Assembly (NCBI GenBank): GCA_022842935.1
Contig: JALHOP010000011.1
Span: 90,206 to 154,205, forward strand
Source: Myxococcota bacterium
GTDB taxonomy: Bacteria > Myxococcota > XYA12-FULL-58-9 > JALHOP01
Direction of reading: 5' to 3'
Length of the DNA stretch: 64,000 nt
Shown here: piece after piece, positions 41,045 through 50,559 of the stretch
Numbering within the stretch: position 1 is the stretch's first letter
How the letters are laid out: every line of letters begins with the position of its first letter
Position numbers and translations under genes: made by a program
Notes under the pieces: generated by a model
Database searches by the model: none
The model's input: the letters and a program-made list of their open reading frames with translations, nothing else
What the model was told of the DNA's origin: nothing

Positions 41045-41407
41045 ATGCAAGCCCGACCGGTCGGTATCGCTGCGCGTGCGGCCTGCCCGCCTGGAACCAC
41101 CCGCATCGACCAGGAGGTCACTGTCATCGCCAAGCGTTTCTTTGCTGGCACAGTGGTCCGCAAGAAGGCAGGCGACCACGGCCCTGCGGGTTTGTACCTC
41201 AAGCTTTCGATCGACCAAGCCTGGGACAAGTATCCCGGGATCGTAACGCCGCGAGGGTCGCTGGTTCTGCTTGGGCCGTCCCTCAGCAGCCTCAAGGTCG
41301 GTCAGTACATGGCCGAGACCTGCGACATGCGAAACGCCGTGCACGCTTGCGCGGCCAACGAGCAGCCGATTCCGACCTTGAACATTCTCGAGAAGTCGAA
41401 ATCCTGA
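41045..41407 (+). CDS. Hypothetical protein
   Basis: The ATG at 41045 lies within ORF 40736..41407. The distal 120 aa (…VIAKRFFAGTVVRKKAGDHGPAGLYLKLSIDQAWDKYPGIVTP…NILEKSKS) look protein-like and have GC3-rich codons. No family recognised. Confidence 0.35.
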   Translation: MQARPVGIAARAACPPGTTRIDQEVTVIAKRFFAGTVVRKKAGDHGPAGLYLKLSIDQAWDKYPGIVTPRGSLVLLGPSLSSLKVGQYMAETCDMRNAVHACAANEQPIPTLNILEKSKS

Positions 41408-41577
41408 TCGTCCTGTGATGTGGGCACGGCAGCGGCCTACGGAAGACCTGTTGTGGCGACGGTCAGATCGGTCGCCGGGTCGCCCGCCATGCCCACGGCT
41501 TTCGCGGCAACGTTCAGGTACGGCACATCGCCGAGCGCAATCTTGGCTGAGGTCAAGCAGCGAAGCCGGCGGTTTGC

Positions 41578-42447
41578 TCAAAAAGCCAGCGACAAACCGA
41601 ACGACATCTTCCAGATCCCGTCGCGCGTGAGCGACTGCTGGTAGCCAGCGTTGACCGAGCCGGTGGCAATCAGGATGCCGATGCCGCCGCCAATCAAACT
41701 CTCGTCGCCGTCTTGACCGTCATTGCCGATGTAAGCCTGCCGCGCGTAGCCGAGTCGTAGGGGGAAGCTGCCGCCGGCCACGTATTCGGCGCCGCCGCGA
41801 AACGCGGTCGCGCGCTTCTTGTCCTCGAGGTCCCAGTCCGCTTCAGCGGTCACGATAACCGCTTCGTCGACGTACGCGATGCCGGCGCCGATGTCGCGTC
41901 GCGTGAGCTCCGAGCGCTCGTCGCGAATGAGATTGCGGGCCGAGACGCCGATCTGCAGGTGATCGCTGATGCGCGCAAGAACGCCGACGTCACCAGCCCA
42001 GAGCTTGGGGTCCGTCTCCGCAGCGCCGCTCAACGTGTAGCCGCCGAAGACGTGGCGGCCCGAGATACCAACGGCGAGGCTCTCCGACAGCTGCACTCCG
42101 AAGGCCATCTGCAGACGGTGGATGCCCGCGTCACGGGGACCCGATCGAAGATAGGTGTAGCTCACCCCTCCCGCGACCGGCCCGGTCGTCGAGTCCACAA
42201 TCGAGACGTTGAAGGCGTTTGCGGCGTCGCGGGCGGCGTACAGGTATTGCGCGTCGAACTCGTAGCGCTTGCGCATGGCGATGCCGGCGGGGTTCCAGTT
42301 GAGCGTTTCGTTGTTGTTGCCAACCGCCCGTTGGGCGCCGCCCATGGCCATCGTGCGCACGTAGGCGGGCTCATCGGTGACCTGCGCCGAGGCCGTCGCT
42401 GGCGCGAGGAGCGCCGCGAGCACGAGTGAAACGACCCGAAGACGCAT
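41578..42447 (-). CDS. Outer-membrane beta-barrel protein (FadL/PorV-like NPAG motif)
   Basis: 289 aa. The signal peptide is MRLRVVSLVLAALLAPATASA. It reads MGGAQRAVGNNNETLNWNPAGIA, has alternating strands and a C-terminal ...SFGLSLAF. Confidence 0.6.
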   Translation of the reverse strand: MRLRVVSLVLAALLAPATASAQVTDEPAYVRTMAMGGAQRAVGNNNETLNWNPAGIAMRKRYEFDAQYLYAARDAANAFNVSIVDSTTGPVAGGVSYTYLRSGPRDAGIHRLQMAFGVQLSESLAVGISGRHVFGGYTLSGAAETDPKLWAGDVGVLARISDHLQIGVSARNLIRDERSELTRRDIGAGIAYVDEAVIVTAEADWDLEDKKRATAFRGGAEYVAGGSFPLRLGYARQAYIGNDGQDGDESLIGGGIGILIATGSVNAGYQQSLTRDGIWKMSFGLSLAF

Positions 42448-42535
42448 GGTCAGCTAAAGGGGCTAACACGACCGGCCAGACTCCCCAAAGATTCGGCATT
42501 GCCAAGGGCCGAAGCCCCGGTCTACGAGGGCTGCC

Positions 42536-43807
42536 GTGAACGCCTTCGACGTCCTACAAGAGCGTGGCTTCGTCCAACAATGCACCGATGCGGACGCCGT
42601 ACGCGCCATGTTCGCGGCGGGCCCTGTGACCGCGTACGTGGGCTACGACCCGACGGCCGACAGCCTGCACGTTGGTCACCTCTTTTCTCTCATGTCGCTC
42701 ATGCACCTCGCGCGCACGGGCAATAAGCCGATCGTCCTCATGGGCGGCGGTACCGCTATGGTCGGGGACCCCTCGGGCAAGACCGAGATGCGACAGATGC
42801 TTACGCGCGAGGCCATCCTCACCAACATCGCGCGCATCAAAGGCCAAGTGGCGAAGCTCTTTGGCGACGGCTCCGCCATTGTCGAGAACAACGACAGCTG
42901 GCTGCTCGAGTTACGCTACATCGACTTCTTGCGCGACATCGGCCGACACTTTTCCGTCAACCGCATGTTGTCCGCTGAAGCCTACAAGATCCGGCTCGAG
43001 CGCGGCCTCTCTTTCATCGAGTTCAACTATCAGCTCCTGCAGGCTTACGACTTCCACGAGCTCTGCAAGCGCTACAACTGTACGCTGCAGATGGGCGGCG
43101 ACGATCAGTGGAGCAACATCCTCGCTGGCGTCGACCTCTGTCGGCGCCTGTTGCAGAAGCAGGTGCAGGGGCTAACGAGCCCGCTGCTCATGACTGCGGC
43201 GGGCGAGAAGATGGGCAAGACCGCGGCAGGCGCGGTTTGGCTCGACCCGCAGAAGCTCTCTCCGTACGACTACTATCAGTACTGGGTGAACGTCGACGAC
43301 CGCGACGTCGCGCGCATGCTTGGCTTCTTCACCTTCCTGCCGATGACCGAAGTTCGTGCGGTCTGGAAGCTCGACGGGCGCGACTTGAACGCCGCCAAAG
43401 CAATCCTCGCCTTCGAGGCGACGCGCATCGTTCACGGCGACGCCGAGGCGACCACCGCGCACACAGCGGCGCAAGCAGCCTTCGGGGGCCGTGAGCTACC
43501 TGCGAACATTTTGCCCAGCTCGGCTGTGCCGCGCGTTGCGTCCGCTACGGCGGAATCAATGCCGACCGCTCACGTGACCGCCGCGGAGCTTGCCGCGGGC
43601 CTGCCGCTCATCGAGCTCTTGCGGCGCACCGAGATCGCCGACTCGAACGGCGCGGCCCGCCGCCTCATTCAACAAGGCGGCGTACGCATCGGCGACGCCA
43701 AGGTCGACGACGAGAAGAAGCTCGTCACGGCGGCCGACTTCGTCGATGGCGTGATGCTCCTCAAGTCCGGAAAAAAGAAGGTTTTCCGCATAGTTGCGCA
43801 GGGCTAG
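42536..43807 (+). CDS. tyrS: Tyrosine--tRNA ligase
   Basis: 423 aa. The HIGH motif is DSLHVGHL and the KMSKS variant is KMGKTAAG. It has GGDDQWSNI and a C-terminal S4-like domain. Confidence 0.93.
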   Translation: MNAFDVLQERGFVQQCTDADAVRAMFAAGPVTAYVGYDPTADSLHVGHLFSLMSLMHLARTGNKPIVLMGGGTAMVGDPSGKTEMRQMLTREAILTNIARIKGQVAKLFGDGSAIVENNDSWLLELRYIDFLRDIGRHFSVNRMLSAEAYKIRLERGLSFIEFNYQLLQAYDFHELCKRYNCTLQMGGDDQWSNILAGVDLCRRLLQKQVQGLTSPLLMTAAGEKMGKTAAGAVWLDPQKLSPYDYYQYWVNVDDRDVARMLGFFTFLPMTEVRAVWKLDGRDLNAAKAILAFEATRIVHGDAEATTAHTAAQAAFGGRELPANILPSSAVPRVASATAESMPTAHVTAAELAAGLPLIELLRRTEIADSNGAARRLIQQGGVRIGDAKVDDEKKLVTAADFVDGVMLLKSGKKKVFRIVAQG

Positions 43808-43987
43808 CGGACCACTTCGAAAAATCGCGCTCTGCGCCCGAACGTCATCTGACGAACGCGCTCGCGGCGGCTATACTGGCGGTTACGAGTCGGTCGCCAC
43901 ACGCAAGGGGCACCGCTGGGACGAGAGCAAGCAGGGAGAGAGCGCAGCGCGCGCACGCGTTATGACGACGCGTGCCTGGGAGGCTTT

Positions 43988-44527
43988 TTGATCATGCGCA
44001 GGTTCGGTCACCTGCACGGGCTCACCATGGTTGCGGTGCTTTGCATCGCATCGTCGGTCTCCGCCCAGCGCCGCGAAGGCAACGCCGCCACGACGACGGC
44101 AGCCGTCACCCTGCCGAGCTCGCAGCCGGCGCCCGTGCAACTTTCCGAGCTTGGTACCAACGTCCTTCCCCCCGGCGGCGAACCCACGACCGAGCTGGGT
44201 CTCGTCGAACAAGCGTTGCCCCGCCTCGAGAAGTCCGTCATCGCGCAGTGCGCCGACCGGGCGCACAAGGCCAAGTGGGGCACCGACCATGTGCGTTTCG
44301 AAAAGTGTGTCTGTCCACAGGTCGCAAAGTGGCAGCTGCCGAAGGTGAGCCAAGGTCTGCGCGTTCAGCGGGCGCTCGCCAAAGGCAAAAACGGTTATTC
44401 GTTTACCGCCGACGTCGAGGGTCGGGCGCAGCATTGTCGCGTTTGGGCGGGCGTCGCGGCCCCCAGTGACGACACCCTGGAGTGGCGCGGAGTCGCCATG
44501 CAAAAGCCGGAGAGAAAAGCCCAGTGA
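43988..44527 (+). CDS. Secreted hypothetical protein
   Basis: 179 aa. The signal peptide is MRRFGHLHGLTMVAVLCIASSVSAQ. The stop overlaps the GTG of the next gene (GTGA). Confidence 0.45.
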   Translation: MIMRRFGHLHGLTMVAVLCIASSVSAQRREGNAATTTAAVTLPSSQPAPVQLSELGTNVLPPGGEPTTELGLVEQALPRLEKSVIAQCADRAHKAKWGTDHVRFEKCVCPQVAKWQLPKVSQGLRVQRALAKGKNGYSFTADVEGRAQHCRVWAGVAAPSDDTLEWRGVAMQKPERKAQ

Positions 44528-45867
44528 GACACAAGACGAGTCAACGATCTGCCTCCTCGGCCGCGCCGCGTGACGCCTCCTCGAGCGACGTCGTTCTGCG
44601 CAGTCGTCTCGCCAACGGACTCACCGTCATCCTCTGTCCGCGCGCGCACCTGTCGCAGACGTACACCTCGCTCTTCTTCGGCGTGGGCTCGCGGCACGAG
44701 ACGCCCCGCACCAACGGCATCTCGCACATGCTCGAGCACATGTTGTTCCGTGGCACCGCAAGCTACGCGGACGCCACCGCGCTCAACGCGGCCGCCGAGG
44801 GTTTCGGCGGGTTTCTCGAGGGCGCCACCTACCGCGATCACATGATCTTCGCCACCGTCAGCCACCCGAGTGCTGTCGGTGATAGCGTACGTATCTTGGG
44901 CGAGCTCGCGCAGACCCCGCGCTATCGGGCCATGGAGGTCGAGCGCGGCATCTTGCGTGAGGAGATCCTCGAGACGCTCGATGCAGACGGACGCGTCGTC
45001 GACCTCGACAACATCTCGCACGCTGCTGTGTTTGGAAAGCACGGCCTGTCGTTGCCCATCGAAGGTACACTCGCGAACCTCGAGCGTTTTGGCAGACAGG
45101 ACCTCGAGCTTCATCGCGAGCGTCACCTGGTGGGTCGCAAGGCCGTCGTCGCAGTCGCAGGCCCCTTCGACGTCGAGCGGGTTCAGCGTGAGGTCGAGCG
45201 CAGCTTCGAGACACTCCCCCCCGGCGATCTCACGAACGAAGCACCCCCCGTCGTCGACGCGGCCGAGCCAGCGCTGCGCTATGTGCGCGACACCGCAAGT
45301 CAGGTCGACATTCGCCTCTCGTTTCGCGCGCCACCGGTCCACGACCCCGAGTATCCGGCGCTCATCATGCTCGCGCGTGTCCTAGCCGATGGCCTCGCCT
45401 CGCGCATGCACGCGGAGCTCGTCGACCGCAAAGGCCTCGCGTACGTGCTGCACGCGGGTCTGACGACATACACCGATTGTGGACTCTTCGAGTTCGATGT
45501 TGCGGTCGCTCCCGACCGCGCCGCCGAGACGGTCGCGACCATCCTCGCGTTCACCGAGTCGGCAGGTCGGTTGCGCTACCACCCCGAAGAGCTCGACCGT
45601 GCCCGTCGACGCTACCGCTACGGCATGGAGTTCATGCGTGACTCGGCGGTGGAGCTCGCGAGCTGGCACGGCCGCGCCGCGCTCTTCGGCATCGAAGACG
45701 CAATGCAACGCTTGGGTGGCCAGATCGAATCGGTGACCGGCGACCAAATCCGCGCCGCTGCCCGCCGCGTTTTTCAGCGGCACGGCATGGTGCTGACCGC
45801 AGTCGGCGAGCTGGCGCGAGGAGAATGGTCGCGCGTGCGCGAGGCCGTCGATCGCTTCCGGAGCTGA
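44524..45867 (+). CDS. M16-family (pitrilysin-like) zinc peptidase
   Basis: ORF 44482..45867, with the start placed at the GTG at 44524. It reads LANGLTVIL, has the inverted zinc motif GISHMLEHMLFRGT and a C-terminal inactive-like M16 domain. Confidence 0.8.
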   Translation: MRHKTSQRSASSAAPRDASSSDVVLRSRLANGLTVILCPRAHLSQTYTSLFFGVGSRHETPRTNGISHMLEHMLFRGTASYADATALNAAAEGFGGFLEGATYRDHMIFATVSHPSAVGDSVRILGELAQTPRYRAMEVERGILREEILETLDADGRVVDLDNISHAAVFGKHGLSLPIEGTLANLERFGRQDLELHRERHLVGRKAVVAVAGPFDVERVQREVERSFETLPPGDLTNEAPPVVDAAEPALRYVRDTASQVDIRLSFRAPPVHDPEYPALIMLARVLADGLASRMHAELVDRKGLAYVLHAGLTTYTDCGLFEFDVAVAPDRAAETVATILAFTESAGRLRYHPEELDRARRRYRYGMEFMRDSAVELASWHGRAALFGIEDAMQRLGGQIESVTGDQIRAAARRVFQRHGMVLTAVGELARGEWSRVREAVDRFRS

Positions 45868-45904
45868 TTTACTCGGCAGAAGCGCGTCCCGACACACGTG
45901 CGCC

Positions 45905-46363
45905 TTAGGGGTGCTCCGCGCGCGACTCCTGTTCCAGCACATACACGTCGAGATGTGCACCATGCGTCCACGTGACGGCACCATGTTCGAGCTCGTGCCC
46001 GTCGAGCTCCGCGATGCAATGGCCCGGCCGGTACTGCGCGCGAGGCAAACCAACGCGCAGGCGTGCGGCGCCGGCCAAGATATTGGTGATCTCCGCGAGA
46101 CCATCGGCGACCAACGGGCTCCCTGGTGGAACGTTTAGCCCGCTCACCGTGCCAACGAGCGCCGCCGCGGACGTCGCATCGGCCGCGAGCACCAGTAGCC
46201 CATGCTCACACCGTTCGTGACGAAAGAGAACCGAGGCAGACACATCGGCGAGCGCCGCCGGCCCGACTCGTCGCGCCGTGCTCGACTCCGCGCCCATCCA
46301 CGCGGAGGCGTGTGTACAGGTGAGCACCTCTCGGAGCGCATCGAGGACGAGGCGCGTCATCAT
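45905..46363 (-). CDS. CheX/CheC-like protein (putative CheY-P phosphatase)
   Basis: ORF trimmed to the ATG at 46363, which overlaps the upstream regulator's stop (ATGA). It is 152 aa. The motif LVADGLAEITNILAGAA resembles the CheC/CheX D/S-x3-E-x2-N-x-x-G signature. Confidence 0.5.
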   Translation of the reverse strand: MMTRLVLDALREVLTCTHASAWMGAESSTARRVGPAALADVSASVLFRHERCEHGLLVLAADATSAAALVGTVSGLNVPPGSPLVADGLAEITNILAGAARLRVGLPRAQYRPGHCIAELDGHELEHGAVTWTHGAHLDVYVLEQESRAEHP

Positions 46364-46722
46364 GTGATGAACTTGCTGATGCGGTTCCAGAGATCGAGCA
46401 TCTGAAAAGGTTTGGTGACGTAGTCCGACACACCCGCCCGCGCGGCCTCGAGGGCTTTGGCCGGATCGTGCACTGATGTCACCATGACGATCGGGGACTT
46501 CCATCCGCTAGCGCGGACACGCTGGACCAGCGCGACACCATCGAGACGTGGCATGTTCCAGTCGACCAGGAGCAACTCGATGCTTCTGCTACGAAGAATC
46601 TGAAACGCCTCTTCGCCGTCTCGCGCTTCGATGATCTCTGCGGTCGTGCTTCCGTAGGCTTGAATAGCGCTACGCACCATCGACCGCATCATCGCCGAGT
46701 CATCGACTACCAGAATCGTCAT
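46360..46722 (-). CDS. CheY-like single-domain response regulator
   Basis: 120 aa. It reads MTILVVDDSAMMRSMV, then LLLVDWNMPRLDG, PIVMVTS and KP. The start overlaps the kinase stop. Confidence 0.88.
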   Translation of the reverse strand: MTILVVDDSAMMRSMVRSAIQAYGSTTAEIIEARDGEEAFQILRSRSIELLLVDWNMPRLDGVALVQRVRASGWKSPIVMVTSVHDPAKALEAARAGVSDYVTKPFQMLDLWNRISKFIT

Positions 46723-48308
46723 GAGATTTTCCTCGTGAGCTGCCGGTCGTCACGACCGAGGCTCCGTCGCAGCCTATCCGCCGCGACGCGCAAAGTGACT
46801 TCAGTGAAGACCTCGTGCTCGCTCTCGAGCACGACCTGCCCATGCAGCTGCTTTGCGATTTGCCTAACGATCGCAAGCCCCAAACCACGGCCCGCCGAAG
46901 CATCGACCCCGTCGTGAGTCGACATTCCATCAGCAAACAGAAGCTCCTCGAGGTCGTCGCGTGTGAGCGTTGCCGCCTCGTCGCTGCGCAAGAAACCACG
47001 TCTCACGACTTCTCGGCGCAAAGACTCCCAGTCCACGCCGCGTCCGTCATCGCGTACGACGATGACGACTTCATCGTCGGCACGCTTGAACGCGACTTGG
47101 ATGCAGAGGACATCGGGTTTGCCGCGGAGGCGTCTCTTTTCAGCGGGCTCCGCGCCGTGCGCGACAGCATTTCGAACCAACGCCACGAGGGCGCTTCGCA
47201 GAAGCTGGAACAACTCGTTGTCGAGGCTTGCGTCCAACTCCGACGACCATTTGACGTCCACCAAGGTGCCGGTCGCCTCGGCTTCGCGTGCCGCACACGC
47301 GGCTAGGACAGCCAAGATGGCGTTCGCTTGGCGCCCGGTGCCGGTCTCGCGCAGGGCCGTGAGGCGGTCGAGCAAGGCGAGGTCTGTATCGATCTCGGCG
47401 TCAAGAGCCTCAGCCATGGACTTGATGACGTCGTGTGGCGCGTCGCGGTCCAGCAGATCTTCGAGCCGCTCCATCAAGCCAGCGACGGCCTCCAGTCCGA
47501 TGGCGCGTGCGTCACCTTTGACGGCATGCGCCGCGACCTGGAGCTCGTCGCGGCGTTTCGATGCAAGACCGTGCGACAGACTTGCCGCGAGGCTCGACGC
47601 TTGTTGTGCCACATCGCGTACGGTCGCTGGTGGCGCCATGAGCATGGCGTGAGCCCGCTCGATGGACGCCAGGCGCTCGCGCGTCCGTTCTTGAATCTCT
47701 GCTGCAAGTTTCTGTTCGGTTGAGCGATCGCTGATGACCACCAAGAGATGGCGTGTGCCACCGCTCAAGAAGCGATTGAAGCGTACGGAGAGCGTCCGGC
47801 GGCCCCTGGCGTCTTCGACATCGACCTCACGCAGTGGATTGATCGCCGCGATCATCTCGGCGCTCGCGTATTCGGAGTTGATGGCGACGTCGATAAACTC
47901 GCGGATCTGCGCGGCCGTGCGTGGCGTCGTGGGGAACAACTCCGCAAAGTGGATGCCTGCCACCGTCTCGCGTCCAAGAAGCTCGAGGGCAGCGCGCGAA
48001 TGATTCGGGCCGACGAGACCGTCCGGTCCGATGTCTAGAAGGCCCTCGCTGAGACTTGCGAGCATCTCGTCTTGTTGCGCCTTCAGGCGGGAAAGTCGTT
48101 CGTAGCTTGCGGAGAGCTCGCGTTGGGTCTCTTCGATGACACGGCGCGCCTGTTCGTGCTCGGCCTCCAAGCCGAACAACACGTTCTCGAGCACGTCGTG
48201 TTGCGACTGAAGCCTCTCGAGCTCGTCGAGGGCGTCGAGTCGCTCGTCGTCCGCTTTCCGCAACGCGGCGCGCAGCCTCTCGAGCTCGGCGGTGGCGTCG
48301 TCCGTCAT
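46719..48308 (-). CDS. CheA-like histidine kinase (coiled coil + PAS-like + HPt + HATPase, no CheW-like P5 domain)
   Basis: 529 aa. The HPt helix is ELQVAAHAVKGDARAIGLEAVAGLMERLEDLL. The HATPase N/G boxes are LVRNAVAHGAE, VVRDDGRGVD and AGRGLGLAIV. There is no HisKA H-box. Confidence 0.75.
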   Translation of the reverse strand: MTDDATAELERLRAALRKADDERLDALDELERLQSQHDVLENVLFGLEAEHEQARRVIEETQRELSASYERLSRLKAQQDEMLASLSEGLLDIGPDGLVGPNHSRAALELLGRETVAGIHFAELFPTTPRTAAQIREFIDVAINSEYASAEMIAAINPLREVDVEDARGRRTLSVRFNRFLSGGTRHLLVVISDRSTEQKLAAEIQERTRERLASIERAHAMLMAPPATVRDVAQQASSLAASLSHGLASKRRDELQVAAHAVKGDARAIGLEAVAGLMERLEDLLDRDAPHDVIKSMAEALDAEIDTDLALLDRLTALRETGTGRQANAILAVLAACAAREAEATGTLVDVKWSSELDASLDNELFQLLRSALVALVRNAVAHGAEPAEKRRLRGKPDVLCIQVAFKRADDEVVIVVRDDGRGVDWESLRREVVRRGFLRSDEAATLTRDDLEELLFADGMSTHDGVDASAGRGLGLAIVRQIAKQLHGQVVLESEHEVFTEVTLRVAADRLRRSLGRDDRQLTRKIS

Positions 48309-49165
48309 CGCACTTCCACCAAGATGTCATCCCAGCGGATCCAAAGACGCTGTGCGTGCCGCGCTGCCGCGAGGCTGTCTTGGACGTCGTTGTACAGCGA
48401 ATACCCCGAGACATTTTCTGGGCACATGAAGGAGGACTCGCGCTCGAGGGCCCGAAAGACGATGTCCGATCGCGAGCGCTGGTGTTCGAGGTCGCGATTG
48501 CCACTCCACTGCAGGGCAGCACAAGCCGGGTACGCCATGACCAGGGGCGGGGCGCCGTGGTCGCGAAGCTCGAAGGCGAGCGATTCGAGGGATGCGGGGG
48601 ACGCCTCGATGAAGCGCGACCACTCTTCTGTCGCGACCGCATGCTCGAGATAGCCCAGCCAGACCTCGCTGCCACGGGCGAGTATGCGCTTCGTCGTCGC
48701 GACCGCCGCCGAAAGTCCCAAGGCGTTCGGCTCGACGAGCCAGATCCCTGTGGCCGCCACATCACAGTCGGGCCGGCGCACCACTCTGATGGTCGGCAAG
48801 TTGTTCGCTCGGCGGTGGGGTGCGTCGCCGTCGACGATCTGACGAATGCTTGGCCAACCCTTGCGTGTTGCGAGTGTTTGAAGCTCGGCGCCGCCTCGTT
48901 CGCGTGCCGCGATGAGGTCGGGCAGCGATTCGAAGACCGACAAGATCGCGGCGAGCCCGACGTAGTTGGTAAGCTCGTGGCGCCGCGCTTTCAAGAAGTC
49001 GACGTAGCTGCAGGACGGGCATTGTGAAAATGCGGCGAGATTGCTCACCTCGCCGAGTCGCGCGGCTGGGGTAAGGTCCACCACACGAAAGCACGGCCCG
49101 AGCCGGGCTCTTGCGTACTCCGTGTCCGCGTCCGCGCGATCCTTGAAGCGAACCAAGACGGGCAT
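48305..49165 (-). CDS. Hypothetical protein of unknown family, embedded in the signalling operon
   Basis: 286 aa with normal amino-acid composition and GC3-rich codons. The stop overlaps the kinase start (ATGA). The start lies 6 nt after the FIST gene's stop. No motif recognised apart from a CPSC pair. Confidence 0.6.
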   Translation of the reverse strand: MPVLVRFKDRADADTEYARARLGPCFRVVDLTPAARLGEVSNLAAFSQCPSCSYVDFLKARRHELTNYVGLAAILSVFESLPDLIAARERGGAELQTLATRKGWPSIRQIVDGDAPHRRANNLPTIRVVRRPDCDVAATGIWLVEPNALGLSAAVATTKRILARGSEVWLGYLEHAVATEEWSRFIEASPASLESLAFELRDHGAPPLVMAYPACAALQWSGNRDLEHQRSRSDIVFRALERESSFMCPENVSGYSLYNDVQDSLAAARHAQRLWIRWDDILVEVR

Positions 49166-49171
49166 GACGGA

Positions 49172-50359
49172 CTAACCCTCGCGCAGCGCCAAGAAGGTGG
49201 CCGTCTCGTTGTGGAAGCGGCACATCGGGCTTACGTCGCCGCAGTTAGCGATCTCGCCGTACGTGTAAAATCCAACCATCGGGACGCTCTGACCAAAAAC
49301 CTCTCGCGCTGCTTCGATCTCGCGCGATGTCCGCCGCCCAAGGACGACCCGACGCGCCATACACGAGAAGAACATAACGGCGTCTGGCGCTCCCGACAGG
49401 TGCTGTAGGGTTCGGCGAGCAGCTTCTCGGCTTGCGTCGACCACCGCTTCAGACTTCGCTCGCGTCATCTTTACTTTTGCGCCCTGCGGGATCTCGCCCG
49501 CGAAACTGATACTTCCGGTCGCGTGGTTGACGCTCATCGGTGCACGCAGCAGCAGATACTCGTTGTCGCCAGCGGCGCCTGACTGTCCGACGCGTCCAGA
49601 TTCATCGACGAGGGCAAACGGATACTCGACGCCGATCGCAGGGAGCTGGCTTGCACGATCCCCGAGGAAGGTTTGATAGAACTCGAGGGCAGACTTGCCT
49701 TCGATTTCGCGCACGACGTTGCCGCTCGCCGCTGTAATGACCTTCGCGACGCCAATGGGCTGCCAACCACTCATGACGCCAAAGCCGACCTCCAACGAGG
49801 GCGGGCCGTAGAACATCAGCGCGACCAACGCATCGCTGTAGACGCGCTCGCCGCAAATCTGCACCGTCTTGACGAAGCGCCCACGATCACCCGCTGTTCC
49901 ACCCCCAATGACGAAACCGCGCCCCAAAACATCCTGGGCGCCGCGGATGATCGCGGTTCCGTTGCCGGTGAGCCCATCCGGCAAAAGGATGAGTGCCCGT
50001 GCGTCGTTCGCGGCGAGCTCGCCGGCCGCTGCGTGACCGGCCGCGAAAGAATTTTGACCCAGGCTTTCGATGGCGATCGCACGTGCGCGCACGGACCGCG
50101 ATGCGATGAGCATGACGGTGACCGAATCGACGGCGAGCCCGTCGGCGATTTCACCATCCGTGCTGCAGCCGATGATGGCGGCGTTCGCGACGTTTTTTCT
50201 CAGAACTTCCGCTATCGCGGTCGCGTCGTGATCGGCGCCGAAAAAACACAGAGCCGCGACAACGGGCTCATCGGAGCCCAGCTGCTCTCGCGCACGAGCT
50301 ACGGCGGCGTGTGCTGCATCGATGGAGGAACCGGTCGCACTGCTGACTGCTGAACGCAT
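49172..50359 (-). CDS. FIST-domain (FIST_N + FIST_C) sensor protein
   Basis: 395 aa. It reads ALCFFGADHD...AAIIGCSTDGEIADG, then GGGTAGD and later GFYTYGEI. This is the typical FIST N/C signature. Confidence 0.75.
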   Translation of the reverse strand: MRSAVSSATGSSIDAAHAAVARAREQLGSDEPVVAALCFFGADHDATAIAEVLRKNVANAAIIGCSTDGEIADGLAVDSVTVMLIASRSVRARAIAIESLGQNSFAAGHAAAGELAANDARALILLPDGLTGNGTAIIRGAQDVLGRGFVIGGGTAGDRGRFVKTVQICGERVYSDALVALMFYGPPSLEVGFGVMSGWQPIGVAKVITAASGNVVREIEGKSALEFYQTFLGDRASQLPAIGVEYPFALVDESGRVGQSGAAGDNEYLLLRAPMSVNHATGSISFAGEIPQGAKVKMTRAKSEAVVDASREAARRTLQHLSGAPDAVMFFSCMARRVVLGRRTSREIEAAREVFGQSVPMVGFYTYGEIANCGDVSPMCRFHNETATFLALREG

Positions 50360-50559
50360 GAAGGAAGGCCTCGCGCGCGACAGAGAACTGTTGAAGTCAC
50401 TCGCTGCGCAGATCCTACCTGGGGGGCCGTCGCGCTACCAACAAGCTGGCCAGCGTCGAGGAGAACTACGACGCGCTGCGGCATTCTGGAGGTGGGGGGA
50501 TGTGATCAATCGCGATCGACTCGCGCCCGGTCGTCTTCAAAAAGAATAGGGCTCCGAGC

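Noticed and set aside
40669-41295. 208-aa minus-strand ORF, plus a 184-aa minus-strand ORF at 41027..41581
   Set aside because: They overlap the HNH remnant and the 41045 ORF. Their Arg/Pro/Gly-rich composition and lack of motifs make the plus-strand readings more plausible, though this patch remains uncertain.
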